Source of the DNA: Tricharina praecox
Lineage: Eukaryota
Reading direction: 5' to 3'
Length of the DNA: 64,000 nucleotides
Assembly: GCF_024521635.1 (NCBI RefSeq)
Contig: NW_026250404.1
Location: forward strand, 1,426,001 to 1,490,000
The notes under the pieces: model-generated
Seen by the model: only the letters and a program-made list of their open reading frames with translations
What the model was told of the DNA's origin: nothing
Databases searched by the model: none
Translations under genes and position numbers: made by a program
Shown here: positions 23,785 to 41,202 of the stretch, piece after piece
Layout of the letters: the number at the start of each line of letters is the position of its first letter
Numbering within the stretch: position 1 is the first letter of the stretch

Positions 23785-26628
23785 CTAAGCAGGCGACCGC
23801 ACCGGCGTCCCTGCACCGACCGCCCCATCGGTATCCGCACCCTCACCCGGCCATCCCATCTCCCTCCTCCTCGCCTCCTTCTGCGCCTGCTCACGCTCCT
23901 TCACGATAATATTATCGACGATGACCAGCATCCTCTTGAGCACCGCTCCCATTTCGATGTTTTGGTCACCCCAGTACTTTTCCATCGCGCCCAACCTGCC
24001 CGCCACATCCTTTCCCAGGCGGGACTGTGGCCTCCGTGGCGACGGTGAACGCCTATACCCTGGGTGCAGGAGGTTGGGGTCGACGGGGTTAGGCGGAAGG
24101 TTGTCGACGGGTGATTCGGGCTCCGCTAATATGTCGTCGAGAGCCTCTGCTTCATCGGGAGTCAACCCTTCGCCGCCCGGGTCGAGGATACTCTTTGTAG
24201 ACGTTGGGTTGGTCTCTTCGATATGCTCGATCACCTTCTCCAACGTCTCAATGTTCTCCTCGATCATTTCCTGGGCGGATTTGGCTGTTGCCACACTCTT
24301 CATTGACGATCCGGACGGACGCTTCTGGAGTTTCCGTGTTGCCTTCAACGTCTCAAAGTACTTCCAATCCAGTGTACCATCGTTGTTGCCCCACATCCCA
24401 AGCCCCAGCCCGAGCCCCGGCAGTGTCGCAATCCATTCCTCCATTGTGGGTCCCTTTGCTTGAGCCGTGTGAAGGTTGCTGTCCGCCGCTTTCCAGAAAC
24501 TGGGTGGCGGTTCCGCACCAGGATTTGGAGGTATAGCGGAGGCAGATTCGGAAGGAGCCAAACTCTCGTCCGCTTCTCGCCAGAACTCAAGTGCTGAGGA
24601 AGTTGGTGTTCGCCCGGCAACTTTGGGAGGCGACGGGGATGGGTGTGGTGATGGATCTTTGGGTCTCTGGATTTCCGGGAACGGTGACAGCGTATCATTG
24701 GGTGAACGGGCAGCCCCGTCCTTTGGACGCCTTTGAGTCGCATCAGAGACTACAGATACAGGCTTCGGGGGTGGGTCTATCGGTAGTTCGCGGGACTCAA
24801 TCCTCGGGGAGAAGGTTGATGGCCGGGGAGATTCCACTGGTCCCAACTGGGAATGCTCTTTGGACTTCTGTGAGTTATTTCTGGAGGTCCTTTGCTCTGG
24901 AGTTGTCTGCTCCATGATAGGAGACAGTGCTACGCTTTCTCGTATCGGGTCGGCCGATCCATGCGGCGAGCTTGGTGAGACACCGTTTCTAATTGTCAAC
25001 CTCGGCGGTGCCATTTCCGGCAGCGGGAGATACAATGAACTTTCTGCTGCGGCTTGTTCGACGGATTGCATTCTTGGAGACGCCGATGTCGCCTGACCTT
25101 TTCCCTTCCCGTCCTGGGATACCTTAGGAGAAGCCGTTGCTGGGTGTACGGTGGTTGGAGCTGGCGACCGGGAAGAAACCGGTGAAAGAGTAGGCCGGAA
25201 ATACGGAGCAGGCGGCTTTGGAGGAAACATATAGGTAGAATTCGGCAGCGCTCCATGTACAGTCATGTTCATCAGTTGATCATCAGCCTGAACCAGGGGT
25301 GCCTGGTAACGTCGCTCAGCAATGAGAGGTACTGGCGGTATGAAACCCGGTATATCGGCAGCCCGAGGAATGTAAAGTTCCTCATCTGGAGAGCCCGAAG
25401 AGGAAGATCCCATATTCTGTGCTGCAGAGTTCCTACGTGAACTAGAGGGAGTTGTCACGGATGTCCAGCTCGCTCGTCTCGCACCAGCCTCTGCTTCCCC
25501 GGAGTGGGTGGTGGACATGAGGTGTGTGCCCATTCTCCTCATGGCATTTCCTAACCGGCTGCCGTCTTCTAAACCAACATCCATCTCGGCCTTGTCCGTC
25601 CCTCTGGATGCCCTATACGCTTCAAATTGTTCCTTGGGCCGAGAGAAATGGACGCTCTTCTTTACGGAGTCCGAGAGGTGGAGATGGTGGTGACCATCCA
25701 TGGTGCGTTCTTGGGCTTGTTTCTCTTGGGCATTCTCCACCTGTTGAACCTGTTCGGCCCCTCGAAATTCCTGTGGCTGCCGGGTCTGCTGGGATTCCGA
25801 AACCTCCTGGACTTGGCGTTGTTGGCTTTGGTGCCCGGAGTCACTCATTTGCGTAGCCTTCCGCCGCATCTTGCGCTCTCGTTGATCAGTTAACCTCTGT
25901 CTAGCAGCATCGAAAGGATGGTGATCCGCATCATCCAGGCTCAGATTAGTTTCAACCGTTCCCGGCTTTCCACGGGGCCGAAGTAATTTTGCAGCCAATC
26001 TCGAGCGCGAGCTGTTTGTGCTTTTGGTGCCTAGAGCTTCTGCATCCTTGGCTTTGGCCTCTGCGGCGGCGGCGGCCTTTTCTGACCTCTTTCTCTTGAG
26101 CGCATAAAACTCTGAGGCTTCCGTAGGACTGTCGTCGGAGTCATCCTCCTGCTTTTCGGTCTTCTTGCTAAACAACGTCGTGATTTTGGACCTTGCCTTT
26201 ACGGGCACGGTGTTGAGGACCCGCACACTACCGTCTATGTTTGGTATGCTGTTGCTGTGGGACCCCGAAGTAGGTGCTGAAGCAATGCTGTCATGCCCAG
26301 CAGGCCGCAGTACTACTCCTTCCATAAATGGTCTTGTGGGGCCTCCAAACTTCGCATCAGGGAGGGCATCGGCGATTGCGGTAGGCTGGGGGGGAATGTA
26401 GGAGTAAACAGGCGTAGACGGGGACATAATCGCTAATTGTTTCGAGCTCGTGCGGCGACCATAACGTGGCCCGCCACGGGAGAGAGGCTTGGATTTATCC
26501 CGCACGGGTACCGCTGGCAATGGGACTCGAGAAGCTGGATAAGAGGGTACAGTTGGTGGAACGTCTATAGTGGTTATCCTCGCAGCGGGGCTGCTAGTCG
26601 ACCGTGGGAGGGAGGTCGGGAAATGCAT
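23785..26628 (-). CDS. Hypothetical ~947-aa Ser/Pro-rich, largely disordered protein
   Basis: Uninterrupted 2.85-kb ORF with first ATG at 26628. No recognisable domain; a short helical-looking C-terminal block (LGAMEKYWGDQNIEMGAVLKRMLVIVDNII). Confidence 0.75.
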   Translation of the reverse strand: MHFPTSLPRSTSSPAARITTIDVPPTVPSYPASRVPLPAVPVRDKSKPLSRGGPRYGRRTSSKQLAIMSPSTPVYSYIPPQPTAIADALPDAKFGGPTRPFMEGVVLRPAGHDSIASAPTSGSHSNSIPNIDGSVRVLNTVPVKARSKITTLFSKKTEKQEDDSDDSPTEASEFYALKRKRSEKAAAAAEAKAKDAEALGTKSTNSSRSRLAAKLLRPRGKPGTVETNLSLDDADHHPFDAARQRLTDQRERKMRRKATQMSDSGHQSQQRQVQEVSESQQTRQPQEFRGAEQVQQVENAQEKQAQERTMDGHHHLHLSDSVKKSVHFSRPKEQFEAYRASRGTDKAEMDVGLEDGSRLGNAMRRMGTHLMSTTHSGEAEAGARRASWTSVTTPSSSRRNSAAQNMGSSSSGSPDEELYIPRAADIPGFIPPVPLIAERRYQAPLVQADDQLMNMTVHGALPNSTYMFPPKPPAPYFRPTLSPVSSRSPAPTTVHPATASPKVSQDGKGKGQATSASPRMQSVEQAAAESSLYLPLPEMAPPRLTIRNGVSPSSPHGSADPIRESVALSPIMEQTTPEQRTSRNNSQKSKEHSQLGPVESPRPSTFSPRIESRELPIDPPPKPVSVVSDATQRRPKDGAARSPNDTLSPFPEIQRPKDPSPHPSPSPPKVAGRTPTSSALEFWREADESLAPSESASAIPPNPGAEPPPSFWKAADSNLHTAQAKGPTMEEWIATLPGLGLGLGMWGNNDGTLDWKYFETLKATRKLQKRPSGSSMKSVATAKSAQEMIEENIETLEKVIEHIEETNPTSTKSILDPGGEGLTPDEAEALDDILAEPESPVDNLPPNPVDPNLLHPGYRRSPSPRRPQSRLGKDVAGRLGAMEKYWGDQNIEMGAVLKRMLVIVDNIIVKEREQAQKEARRREMGWPGEGADTDGAVGAGTPVRSPA

Positions 26629-26633
26629 TACGC

Positions 26634-27600
26634 TCAATAAATCCCAGCCTTGAACTTGATACGGTACCAGCAGGCAATTGTTGAGTCAATGGCCCTCCAG
26701 AATCCCTATAACCCTCGGATTAGCATCGGCGTAAAGATATCATACAACTTAGGACCGTCTTACCCTTCTCGCCTTTGCACACACGGTTGATTCCTCGGCG
26801 GTGAGAGATCCAGATGAAAAAGAGTCTGAATAAGCCAATTCACCAGGTGGCCAATTCCGAAACGCAGCAATCCCAGTACCGTCCACAGACGTACCCAATC
26901 CACTTGCCCGGTACCAACCAAACCTGACTCCAAACTTCCCAAAGTAGCTCTCAAAGCTCTGCCCGAACGGCGCACGAAGATTCGCAGGAAACGGCGTCCC
27001 TTCCCTGGCAAACACAGATTTTATCCTCAGCAGTGTCTCCCACTGCTCCCGTCTAACCGTGCTTAAGAATGCCTCGTTCCAACTCTCCTTCTCGGGCCCA
27101 GTCAACTCGGGCCGGCCCAGAAGTTTCCTCCTGCAGTTGGACCGGAGGTGATGCAGCTCGATCCGTAGACGGCAGTATATAAGACTCTTCTCCCACAGTT
27201 GCTGGAAGCGTAGGGCGTCGAAGCTGTCCTCGAAATCCTTGGTGATAGCAACCCTGTCCTTGACTCTGCAGCGATTCAGGACGATTCTCTTCTTCCTGGA
27301 TAGCAGCCGGAGCTCCTTGCTGTGCGAATGTTCAATGTCTTTGATTTGAGCTCGGTGGTACTTGACGAGCCAGCGGTACTCGACGAGGTGGTGGTTGGTG
27401 TAGAAGATGCCGTCTCGTTCTTTTGGACGGCGGAGATAGGCTGAGCGGTCAAACGGGGCGAGGGAGTAGCCTTTCCACTGATGAGGAGGCCGCTCAAGAG
27501 CAGTAAGACTTCCGGGAGGACGATTCCTCTGGGATGTAGCGACGCACGTATGGCGGCGGTTCTTCTGAAAGACAGGCCTCGCAAGAGGAGATAGAGGCAT
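26634..27600 (-). CDS. Hypothetical basic protein (283 aa unspliced; ~302 aa if intron 26706-26763 is removed)
   Basis: ATG-initiated ORF of non-repetitive composition. A canonical-looking 58-nt intron (GTAAGA..GCTAAT..TAG) near its end adds GFWRAIDSTIACWYRIKFKAGIY*. Confidence 0.55.
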
Positions 27601-28076
27601 ATCTATCTAACCGCAATCACCACAAAACTGGATACACATACATTGAAGATGAGGTGAACGGAGGAGATGAGGGAGCAGATTCGTATATGGGATGGTTTTG
27701 TCGGTGGTGTGTGATGTGTGGTGTCGGGAGGTGTGTATGTGCCAGCTAGGAGGGTAGTTAACCAAAGCCCACGGCTCGATAGGGCATCTCTACGGCAACC
27801 GCGGGGAATGTTCGGTCAGCCGAGCGCCGGCGGATGTCTCGGTCCCGTGGGACAGTGTACAGCCCATACGGGCTCTGGCTAGGAACGAGTGAGGGAATGG
27901 ATTAATAGGTACATGAACGTCCAAAATAAACAATGATATACAAGTGATTCCCATCGAACACCATAGGGGGAGATGCCATCCCATTGCCAAAGAAATCAGA
28001 AGACAGAAGACAGAAGGCAGGCAGAAGAAGAAGAAGTAGGAACAACCCAACGATATCAACGCCCTATGTATCTAGT

Positions 28077-28987
28077 CTACTCAAATCGCTCATGTCTCGC
28101 CGCGCCACCCCACAGTCCCAGTGCCTCCCCACTCGTGGTGGTATAATCCCTTACAGAGTTGAACACCATTTTCGCAATCCCTGGTCCCTTATTCTTTTTC
28201 TGCGTGCCCATACCTCCGAACCCACCGCTGCCCACACTCCCGCTTGGGATCTCCGAGCTCGGCAGTACATTGTCTGAAGCACTTAAACTAACAAACAGCG
28301 CAAACGGCACCATCCACACGCATATACCGAAGAATGCCGAGATCTCGGTGAAGGTTGGGAACCGGTCGGGGAAATAGGGGTCGGCGGTATTCGAGTAGTC
28401 GTACGGGCTGCCGCTGAGCCCTCCGGTGCGGTAGGCTGCGGAGTAGGGGTGGTCGGAGGCCAGCTGTGGGTGCGAGAAGTATTTGAACCAGAGGAAGTGG
28501 TTCGCGATCACGAGGCCTGGGTCAAAATTCAGCGGGGGCCTCATTCGGCGAGCGCGGAAGAAGCATACAGCAGGACAACATGAAGACCGGATCAGTAAAC
28601 CGAACTGCAGATTCATCAGCACTAGCGCTTGTGGTCGTGGGCAGAACGTATATGCACCCATCGGGAAAGATTTTGTGACATTGGCGAGGTACACGCCATG
28701 ACTCGCCGCCGAGAATATCGACAACAGCTTCGGGAAGCCATCAAACAGCATTAACAGGATGTGTATGGCGATGATGCATTGTATCAGGCCGGTAAGCAGC
28801 TTCTTCGAAATGACAGTGTGCTCTTCGACCAGCTCTGAAAGGTAGTAGAGGCCCGAAGCTTGACGATATTGTTAGCCAGGATCTGGAAGCTGCGCGACAT
28901 CCTCCGGGCTGCGGTACCGATGGCGAGAGTGAGGAACGAGAAGCCGACTATCACACCGACATATCCGATCAAAGGGAATATCCACAT
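28077..28987 (-). CDS. SVP26: Svp26/Tex261-family (DUF396) ER-Golgi cargo adaptor
   Basis: Motifs FLTLAI|ASGLYYLSELVEEHTV, NHFLWFKYF, FFGICVWMVPFALFVSLSASDNVLP. Introns 28859-28917, 28605-28657, 28517-28568. Confidence 0.93.
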
Positions 28988-29423
28988 TGTCGCTGGTTCT
29001 GGTCGCTTCAAGTTCAAGAGCGGTAGTGTAAGGCTGGTATGTTTGCGGAATCAACGGTTCGATGTTACGAACGTTTGATTGCTCCACAAAGAAAGTTGTG
29101 GATGACGTTGCAGCAAGCTAGGGTGTGGCGGTGCGATGGGTATGATGCGGGGCGCAGGTCCTTGTGCATGAATCAGTTCACCCAGGAGCACTTCAATCAC
29201 TGGGGACCGATTGGAGATTGATTTCGACCAAAAAGTGGCACAACACTCGACGATGCTGTGGGTTACTCGGCCCTTCTCTACAACATGAAGCTTAATGCCA
29301 TGTCCACGGCTGGGTTTTGGAGCAAGTCTATTTTTCTTACAGAACTAATCGCAAGAGCTACTGTACAGTTCGCGGTCCCCGCGTGCCCGCTTCGTATCAA
29401 CTCCAATTTGAAAGAGTGCCCGT

Positions 29424-29900
29424 CTATCCTCTGCGCTCGACCCTGTTCAATCTTCTTGCCGTGTTGATTTGAGTCCTCGTTCTCTGTCCTCTCACCGGCA
29501 ATCCCTAATACCGCCGTCAGCACACCGCAAGTCAGGCTCCAGCTGCACCCGGTCCATACTTGAGCATGTCGTCTTCCGCGATACGTTCCCATGTCCCTCA
29601 GACGCTTGATATCGTCCTTCAGCTGTCGTCGCAGGTCGTTCTCTATCGTCATTTTGGAGAGTTCGTCGGCGAGAACCATGGTCTTGGAAGTACCCAGCGT
29701 TCCGACCTGGGCCGTCTTGTGGATTGAAAGCTTCGCGCAGAGTTTCGAGGCGACACTGGGACCGACTCCGTAGAAGTTCTGGAGCGCCGTCTAATCGCAG
29801 GACGTTGTCAGAGAAGTTGCCGTGACTGAGCGCAAAAGGCGGTGATTTATACCTTGAGCACCCTGTTCTCGGGAATGTTGATGCCGAGAATGAAAACCAT
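29424..29900 (-). CDS. SWS2: Mitochondrial small ribosomal subunit protein uS13m
   Basis: MVFILGINIPENRVLK|TALQNFYGVG...IKRLRDMGTYRGRRHAQ|GLPVRGQRTRT carries the S13 signature. Introns 29791-29852 and 29505-29559. Confidence 0.95.
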
Positions 29901-30356
29901 CTTGCCGTCTCTAGATCGAAGTCGTGTCCGAAGTTCTTGGATTGCGAGGCCAATTTAGCAAGGCGACGGAGCTGGCGGAGGATGGTGGGGGTAATTGGCG
30001 ACGGCCGGGAACTTTCACGAGCGTGACTTTGCCCGCATTTACCCGGAAAAGCTCTTGGTTAGGCGGCAGTGCGGTTGCTTTGCTTGCTTGCTTGCTTGCT
30101 TGCTCTAACTTCGAATGATCCTTGACAGGCTCGTGCTGTGCTGGGCGCGCTGCACAACCGGAGGCAGCGCATATGTCTTCCCATGATCCAGAATTGAAGA
30201 AAGAACACCTAACTAACAAAACAACCGTCCTCCCCCAACTACCGCCACCCGTCTGAATCCCTAACCTAAATCCCTCACTCGCAAACCCCGTCTGACAGCT
30301 GTAGTTAGCTGCACGTCACCGCTCCACAAGCTAAAAAAACTATATGAGATGCGCGA

Positions 30357-32684
<2,328 letters not shown>

Positions 32685-33873
32685 TTGATTGGGCGAGACG
32701 GAGGGGAGACATAGGGGAGACGGGAAATGGGGGAGGAGATACTGATTTGCTTTGATTTGACTTCGCTGACTACCTAGCTCACAGGAATTTGGAGGGATTT
32801 GGGGGGATTTGTTTGTAATCTCACATTTGTTTTAACTACTTCTGGCAAATACCTGCAAATGTTCGTATCATTACTGAACGCGAGTGAATGTGATGTGTGA
32901 ATGATAGTTTTAGCGGGTGAACGTAGGATCGTCACGGGGTTTTTATGGAATCGTGACGGAGGCTGTTGCCTAGGTGGTAAGGACGGGTCAGACGGAATGG
33001 AATCACGATCAACTACCCCCCATAATAACCTGCTCAGTAGAGTACAGCAAGCATAAATCTCGATTCATTACCCAAATGGTCCCGAACCAAGCTCTAAAAA
33101 ACGTATAAGTACGGGGAAACAAAAAACATAAAAAAAAACCAGACCCTCACAAGCAGCACACAAGCAAACACGCAAGATGAGATGCATTATACGGTTCCGG
33201 TCCCAGTAAGTAAAACGAAAAGTATCGTAAACAATGCAAACAATCTCCATTCAACGCCGAGAAGAAGGCAGCAGCAATAGGGTAGTAGCATAAACAACCA
33301 CCCGGACCGCCATATCTCATCCCGTTGGTCAAAGAAAGAAAAACGAGAGGTAGAAAGAGAATTAAGAAAAGAGAATCAAATGCAGACAACTCCTTTGCAG
33401 ACCCCCCATCCCTCCTCCCCCGCCGCAATTCTGTGTGGCATCCATCCCATCCCAATGGTCCCCGATTCTAATGTAAAACCGAAACCCATACAGTAGTAGT
33501 ATCTCCCGTGTGCATGCTTATGACGAATGAACCCAGGAAATCAAGACGCCCCAGTGGAGGAAAAACCCAGCAAAGGAAATAAGAAAATAGGAAATCGGGC
33601 ATCAGGCAAGGAAAGGTTGACGGGAAAAAACGAAATGTAAGATCAAAGGTGCTAAGAAAACCCCCCCATTGAAAAGCAAAACAGTAAAGAGAAAAAAAAC
33701 CCAACAGATTGCGCCATGTTTTCAAAACCAGATCCTCTTTACCCAAGTGTATCTGTACCAGAAGATAAGAACCAGAAAAAAACCGTGATCGTAAAAACTT
33801 TTCTCCCGTTCTCATCGTGTCGAGGAATTAAGGTTCAATGAAACATTAGCGCGCATCGTGCCGTGGTAGAGCA

Positions 33874-36107
<2,234 letters not shown>

Positions 36108-38312
36108 GATGTGATTAATATGCTATCAAGCTAGCCGATGTCGAGTCGATGAGGTGTGTATGTATTAAGAGAGGTGATGTATGTGGACTTTCCGGCAGTG
36201 CAGAAAGTAAGGAAAAAGGAATCGGTTTTGATGGACTTTCCGTTCCGTCTAGAAGTTCGTAACGTCTATAAGAAAAGAAAGACTGAGGCGGGAGCGAAAA
36301 CTTTTGATGGGGTCGTAAATCGAGCAGGTGAATTCGCTTCGTGAGTGAAAAACGAGAGACGGTATTCCCTTGTTCTTCAGCGAGACGGAGTTGGAGATTT
36401 GGTGGTGGTAGGCTTTTTGGTTGAGTTTTTGGTTTTTTGTTGATGGGGAGGGAGGGGGGAGGGAGGGTGGAGGGCAGAGGAGGAGGAGGAGGAGGTTTGC
36501 AAGTTGGTGGAGGAAGGAGAAGAAAGAAGAAGTTGGGTCGAGGGGGGAAAAAAGTTGTGACAGCAAGCAGCACAGAGAGGCAAAAGTGGATGGGGGACCC
36601 TTGAATGCCAAGACAATGCTTACTTTGCCCGCGGGGCCAATCAGCGAGTGTTTTTGCCACACCAGAAATTTCTTGTTCGGGCAATTGGCATTGTGGCCAC
36701 GGCAACAGTCGTGTTCCATTGTACTCGGTGCTCTTTCTTTGTGCTGGCTGGCTGGCTGGCTGGTTCGGGGAGTTCGAGCAGCACCGGCATCATCGACGGC
36801 AGCGGAGGCGGCAGCAGCGGGCTCTGAACGCATGCAGAACACTTTGGTCGTGGCACTGCCTGTTTGCTTCTAGTCGTGTAGGTTGATCCATGCCCGCACA
36901 GCCCGCCGTGAGGCAGAGCATACACTACTCAGGTGCCCGAATCTGCTGGTGATAGTTGAGGCCGAATGTCCCAGGCATAGGCCCCGGTCCTTGTCCGGGG
37001 ACAGTGGTGGACACTGGAGTTCACTACCCTTCAACGAGGCTGCATCTTCACGCTGACGGTGGCAAACACCCATCCCTCGGACTCCACACCGTACACAGTT
37101 CACTTCTTCAGCGTTCAGCGTTCAGCGGCAGATTTGCTATATACATGTAGCGTCATTGCTCCGCAACGGTGTAGCCTGTATGATACGAAACCATCGAAAC
37201 GCGCACATCTCGAAGACCACGTCGTATTCTTACTACCGCCGCCGGATATACATCGAAGCCGAAACCATCCAGTATTCTTCTACGGAGGACGGCAAGAACC
37301 ATTATCCACGATGCCGCGACTGGACGGAGGCTGGACCAGGATACTCTCGGTTGCTCCTACGGGCACTGCTATCAAGTACGCCCTCCGCGCCGGAGTCACC
37401 ACCGAGCGTTCCATCTGTAGAGTGCCAGAGAGTGCTTTGGAGGCACACATCGTTCTTCTGGAGAAGATATCGTTTGAACAACGAAGGAGAAGAAGCACGA
37501 ATGCCGCTGTAAAGTGCTCTGCAGCCGGATTATTCAGATAACTTCAGCCGCATCAAAGTGCTTTTCGACCGATTTGACCCTTCGACCCGCGGCCGTAAGT
37601 TGGAACAGCACGTGTGAACCGAATGGCGTTTAAGAATGGGACTCCGCGGTGTCGGCTGCGAGGGCTGATTGACGGGCTCGGAGAAATTTCCCCTCCTGCC
37701 CCCAAAATCGAGTGGAAGATAGACCGTAGGAGGAGAGGCGGTTTATGTAGGTAGTGTGCTGTGGGCCAAAAAAAAAGCTTGGAGTGCTCTCCATAAAAAC
37801 CTACGGCCGTCGGTAAGCACCTGCGTTGTGGGGTAGATGGAACTGAGGCAGGTGCCAGTTAAATTATTTCGTCGTGCACAGCATCGATATCACCACTGTA
37901 GAGGAAGCCTTATGTTTGATTCAGGTACGTAAGAGGCACTTCTCTGCAGCATTGAAGGCATCAAGCGAATTTCTAGAGAATTCCTTCGATAAGGCGGAGA
38001 GCGGGTATAGTCGCCGACGCCTCCAGTTGCTGCCGCGACCAATCTAACTATCTGCTACGCGGAAGCTGGTTAGAAACACCGGACCGACCGGGCACTTGTC
38101 TGACGTTGTGCTGCAAGTGAAGCAGCAGCAACTTTACCGCAACCCCCAATTCTCGGCGAATTCCACTCTCCACTTCCCTTCACCCCTCCTCCTCCGATTT
38201 CATCCTTCCACCTCCTCCGGCCTTCCGTATTGCCGCCCGTCCTGCTTCTTCTCTGCTGAAGCTCCGTCAACCCTATCTCCCCTCACTCTCATCCCACTTA
38301 AATCAAGAAAAC

Positions 38313-39936
38313 ATGTTCTCGAAGGTACGTCGCTCCCCCAGTGCCAGACGTCACTCATATGCATGCGACGCGGCCATGATGCTATTGCGGCGGCTGTTAT
38401 CTAAGCGTCTCGCTCGATGACCAACAACCCCCTCCGAACCTGTCCGGAGCTGACTTCTCTTGAACCCACAGTCGCTCTTGAACGCAGCTAAGCCTGTGGC
38501 CGCGCGCAATGCTGTTTCCCGCCGAAGTACGTTGCGCCGTTCTACGTTGATGCGATTGTGGTGTTGCTGGCAATCCGGCAAAATTTCTCCGGACGTGCGG
38601 AGCAAATGAGCGATTTCATGTGCTGACCTGCGATCCCGTCTGTAGCCATGGCGACTACCGTCGAGTCCGACATCTTCAAGCCTACAAAGTTTGGAGGCAA
38701 ATACACCGTCACCTTGATTCCCGGTGACGGTATCGGTGCCGAAGTCTCGGAGTCCGTCAAGACTATCTTCAAGCAGGACAACGTTCCCGTGGATTGGGAG
38801 CAGGTCGACGTGACCGGTGTGCAAAGCGGGAAGGTCGACCCAGAGCTTCTCTTCAGGGAGTCTGTCAACTCTTTGAAGCGCAACAAGGTCGGATTGAAGG
38901 GTACGGAACTCCTTCTTTGATTATTTTTTTCTTTCATCCGAGCACTCTGGCCTCGGACTGGTTGGCGTTGGTGTAGCCCTACGGCGAACGGACGGCCAGG
39001 CGTTATCGAGATAAGCGTTCGTGACCACCCAGACTTGGCTGATTCAGTATGATCTGCGTGCAGGTATCCTCTTCACCCCTGTTGAGCGGTCCGGTCACCA
39101 GTCGTTCAATGTCGCGCTCCGCCAGGAATTGGACATCTACGCGTCGGTGGTCATGATCAAGAACCTGCCCGGATACAAGACCCGTCACTCCAACGTAGAC
39201 ATGTGCATCATCCGTGAGAACACTGAAGGAGAATACTCGGGCTTAGAGCACCAATCGGTCCCCGGTGTCGTTGAGTCCCTCAAGATCGTCACCAAGATGA
39301 AGTCGGAGCGCATCTCCAAGTTTGCCTTCTCCTTCGCGACCGCCAACAACCGCAAGAAGGTCACTTGTATCCACAAGGCAAACATCATGAAGCTCGCCGA
39401 CGGTCTTTTCCGCAGGACATTCCAGGAGGTGGCCAAGCAGTACCCCCAGATCGAGACCAACGACATGATCGTCGACAACGCCTCGATGCAGGCTGTTTCC
39501 CGGCCCCAGCAGTTCGACGTTCTCGTCATGCCCAACCTTTACGGATCCATTTTGTCCAACATCGGTGCGGCGCTCGTTGGTGGTCCCGGTATCATTCCTG
39601 GTGCCAACATGGGTCGAGAGCACGCGGTTTTCGAGCCTGGCTGCCGTCACGTCGGTTTGGATATCAAGGGCAAGGACCAGGCCAACCCCACCGCCATGAT
39701 CCTTTCCGCCACCATGATGCTGCGGCACTTGGGTCTCGACGACCACGCCACTAGGATTTCTAAGGCTGTTTACGGTGTCATCGCTGATGGGTATGTTTTC
39801 CTTCGAGCGACTTGTTGGGTCCGGACAAGCTTCTGACCAATATCACAGTAAGGTCCGCACCAAGGACATGGGCGGAAACAGCTCCACCCACGACTTTACC
39901 AACGCTGTTCTCCACAAGATGGAGACGATCTTGTAG
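38313..39936 (+). CDS. IDH1: Mitochondrial NAD-dependent isocitrate dehydrogenase, regulatory subunit 1
   Basis: Presequence [22 protein letters not shown]; motifs [33 protein letters not shown], and IDH1-type [14 protein letters not shown]. Exons 38313-38324, 38472-38526, 38646-38900, 39064-39790, 39849-39936. Confidence 0.96.
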
Positions 39937-40324
39937 TTATGACAGCTGGAAAGCGGTGGGCCTCTTTTGAATATGACCCATCTTAACGGTAAATGTTTCT
40001 TTTCCTCTTCTCTTGAGCGACGAATCGTTTGGGACAATGGAACTGGGTGTGTGGGTAAGGGATGAGAAGGGGGAGGGGGAAAAGTCGTTACGGCGGGAGC
40101 CGGGGCGTGAATTTGGGTCCAGGACACAGGTGTATTGTAGCAGTTTCCCATAGACCTTTGGATGCAAGAGTGTCGATACTAGGGGCATGATCTATGTGAT
40201 GATGACAATATAGGTATGTGTATCTAGCCTAATTGAAGCGGCAAAGCACTTTTCCCTAGCAGAAAGCAACCAAACAAAAACGCCGTGAATTTTGAATCCC
40301 AAATGCCAACCGTCTCCAGACAGA

Positions 40325-41202
40325 TCAGAAAGCAATCCTCCTCTTCCGTCCTGTGTACTTGCTGTCCTTCTTGACAACCTTGCCCTTCTTCCGATCCCGA
40401 TCCTTCTTCCTCATGATCCACTCCTTTGTCGTCTCCCCTCTCTTTTTCGTTGTATGCCGGCCCCTCTCGTCCACCACCTCAACGCCCTCCATATCCTTCA
40501 CCGCATCCGTGATATCCCTACCACTCAGCTCACCGCCACTGCCCACGGTCAGAACAAGATAAACCTTCCTATTCTTCGTCTCGGGATCATCCTCTAGGAG
40601 ACCCGCGCCGAAGCCCGCCTTGACCGCGGCACCAGTGATCATTCCGCGCTGGACATCATTCTTCGGATAAAACTGGAGGACGGCCTTCCCGCCGCGGCGT
40701 AGGGACGCATACAGCCCATCAAAGAAGCGCGACAGCCTTCCTGTGGCGGAGACATCCGACGACTCAGCGTTGCACAGCCACTGAATAGCGGAGACGGAGA
40801 CCGCGGCATCGAACGTCCCCGCGCGGAACGGTATGCCCTGTCCCATATCCGCCAGCAGCAGGTCGCCGGTCGTGTCCCGGTCCAGCGCGATCGCGAGCAT
40901 GCTGGCCGATATGTCCATGCCGATCCATGTGTGCCCGTGCGCCGACACGATCTCGCCGCTGAGGCCGGAGCCGCAGCCGATGTCGAGGACGAGGGAGGAC
41001 GTGGGCAGCGCGAGAAGCTCGAGGCATCGAGTCGTCATCGACGCTTGGATCGATTGGATTCGGCTGCTCGTCGTGTATTTCGCCGCTTCGACGTCGGAGT
41101 AGAATAGGTCCGGCGGGCTGGGAATGGTTAGTGTAGTGCCCGCGTGCGTTATACGGGGTGGGGTGGGGTGGAGATGTACAGGATGTCTTCAGGGCGCGAC
41201 AT
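40325..41202 (-). CDS. BUD23: 18S rRNA m7G methyltransferase Bud23/WBSCR22
   Basis: MSRPEDIL|PPDLFY start, SAM motif LDIGCGSGLSG, SAIQWL, LQFYP and terminal DSKYTGRKRR. Intron 41118-41179. Confidence 0.97.

Noticed and set aside
27601..27640. In-frame ATG..TAG just upstream of the 283-aa ORF as an A-to-I stop-loss editing target
   Set aside because: Only 13 extra codons with no homology support; easily chance. No in-frame TAG was found inside conserved exons.
37059..37541. Overlapping 118-160 aa ORFs between DED1 and IDH1
   Set aside because: No recognisable motif or codon bias; they lie in a divergent promoter region.
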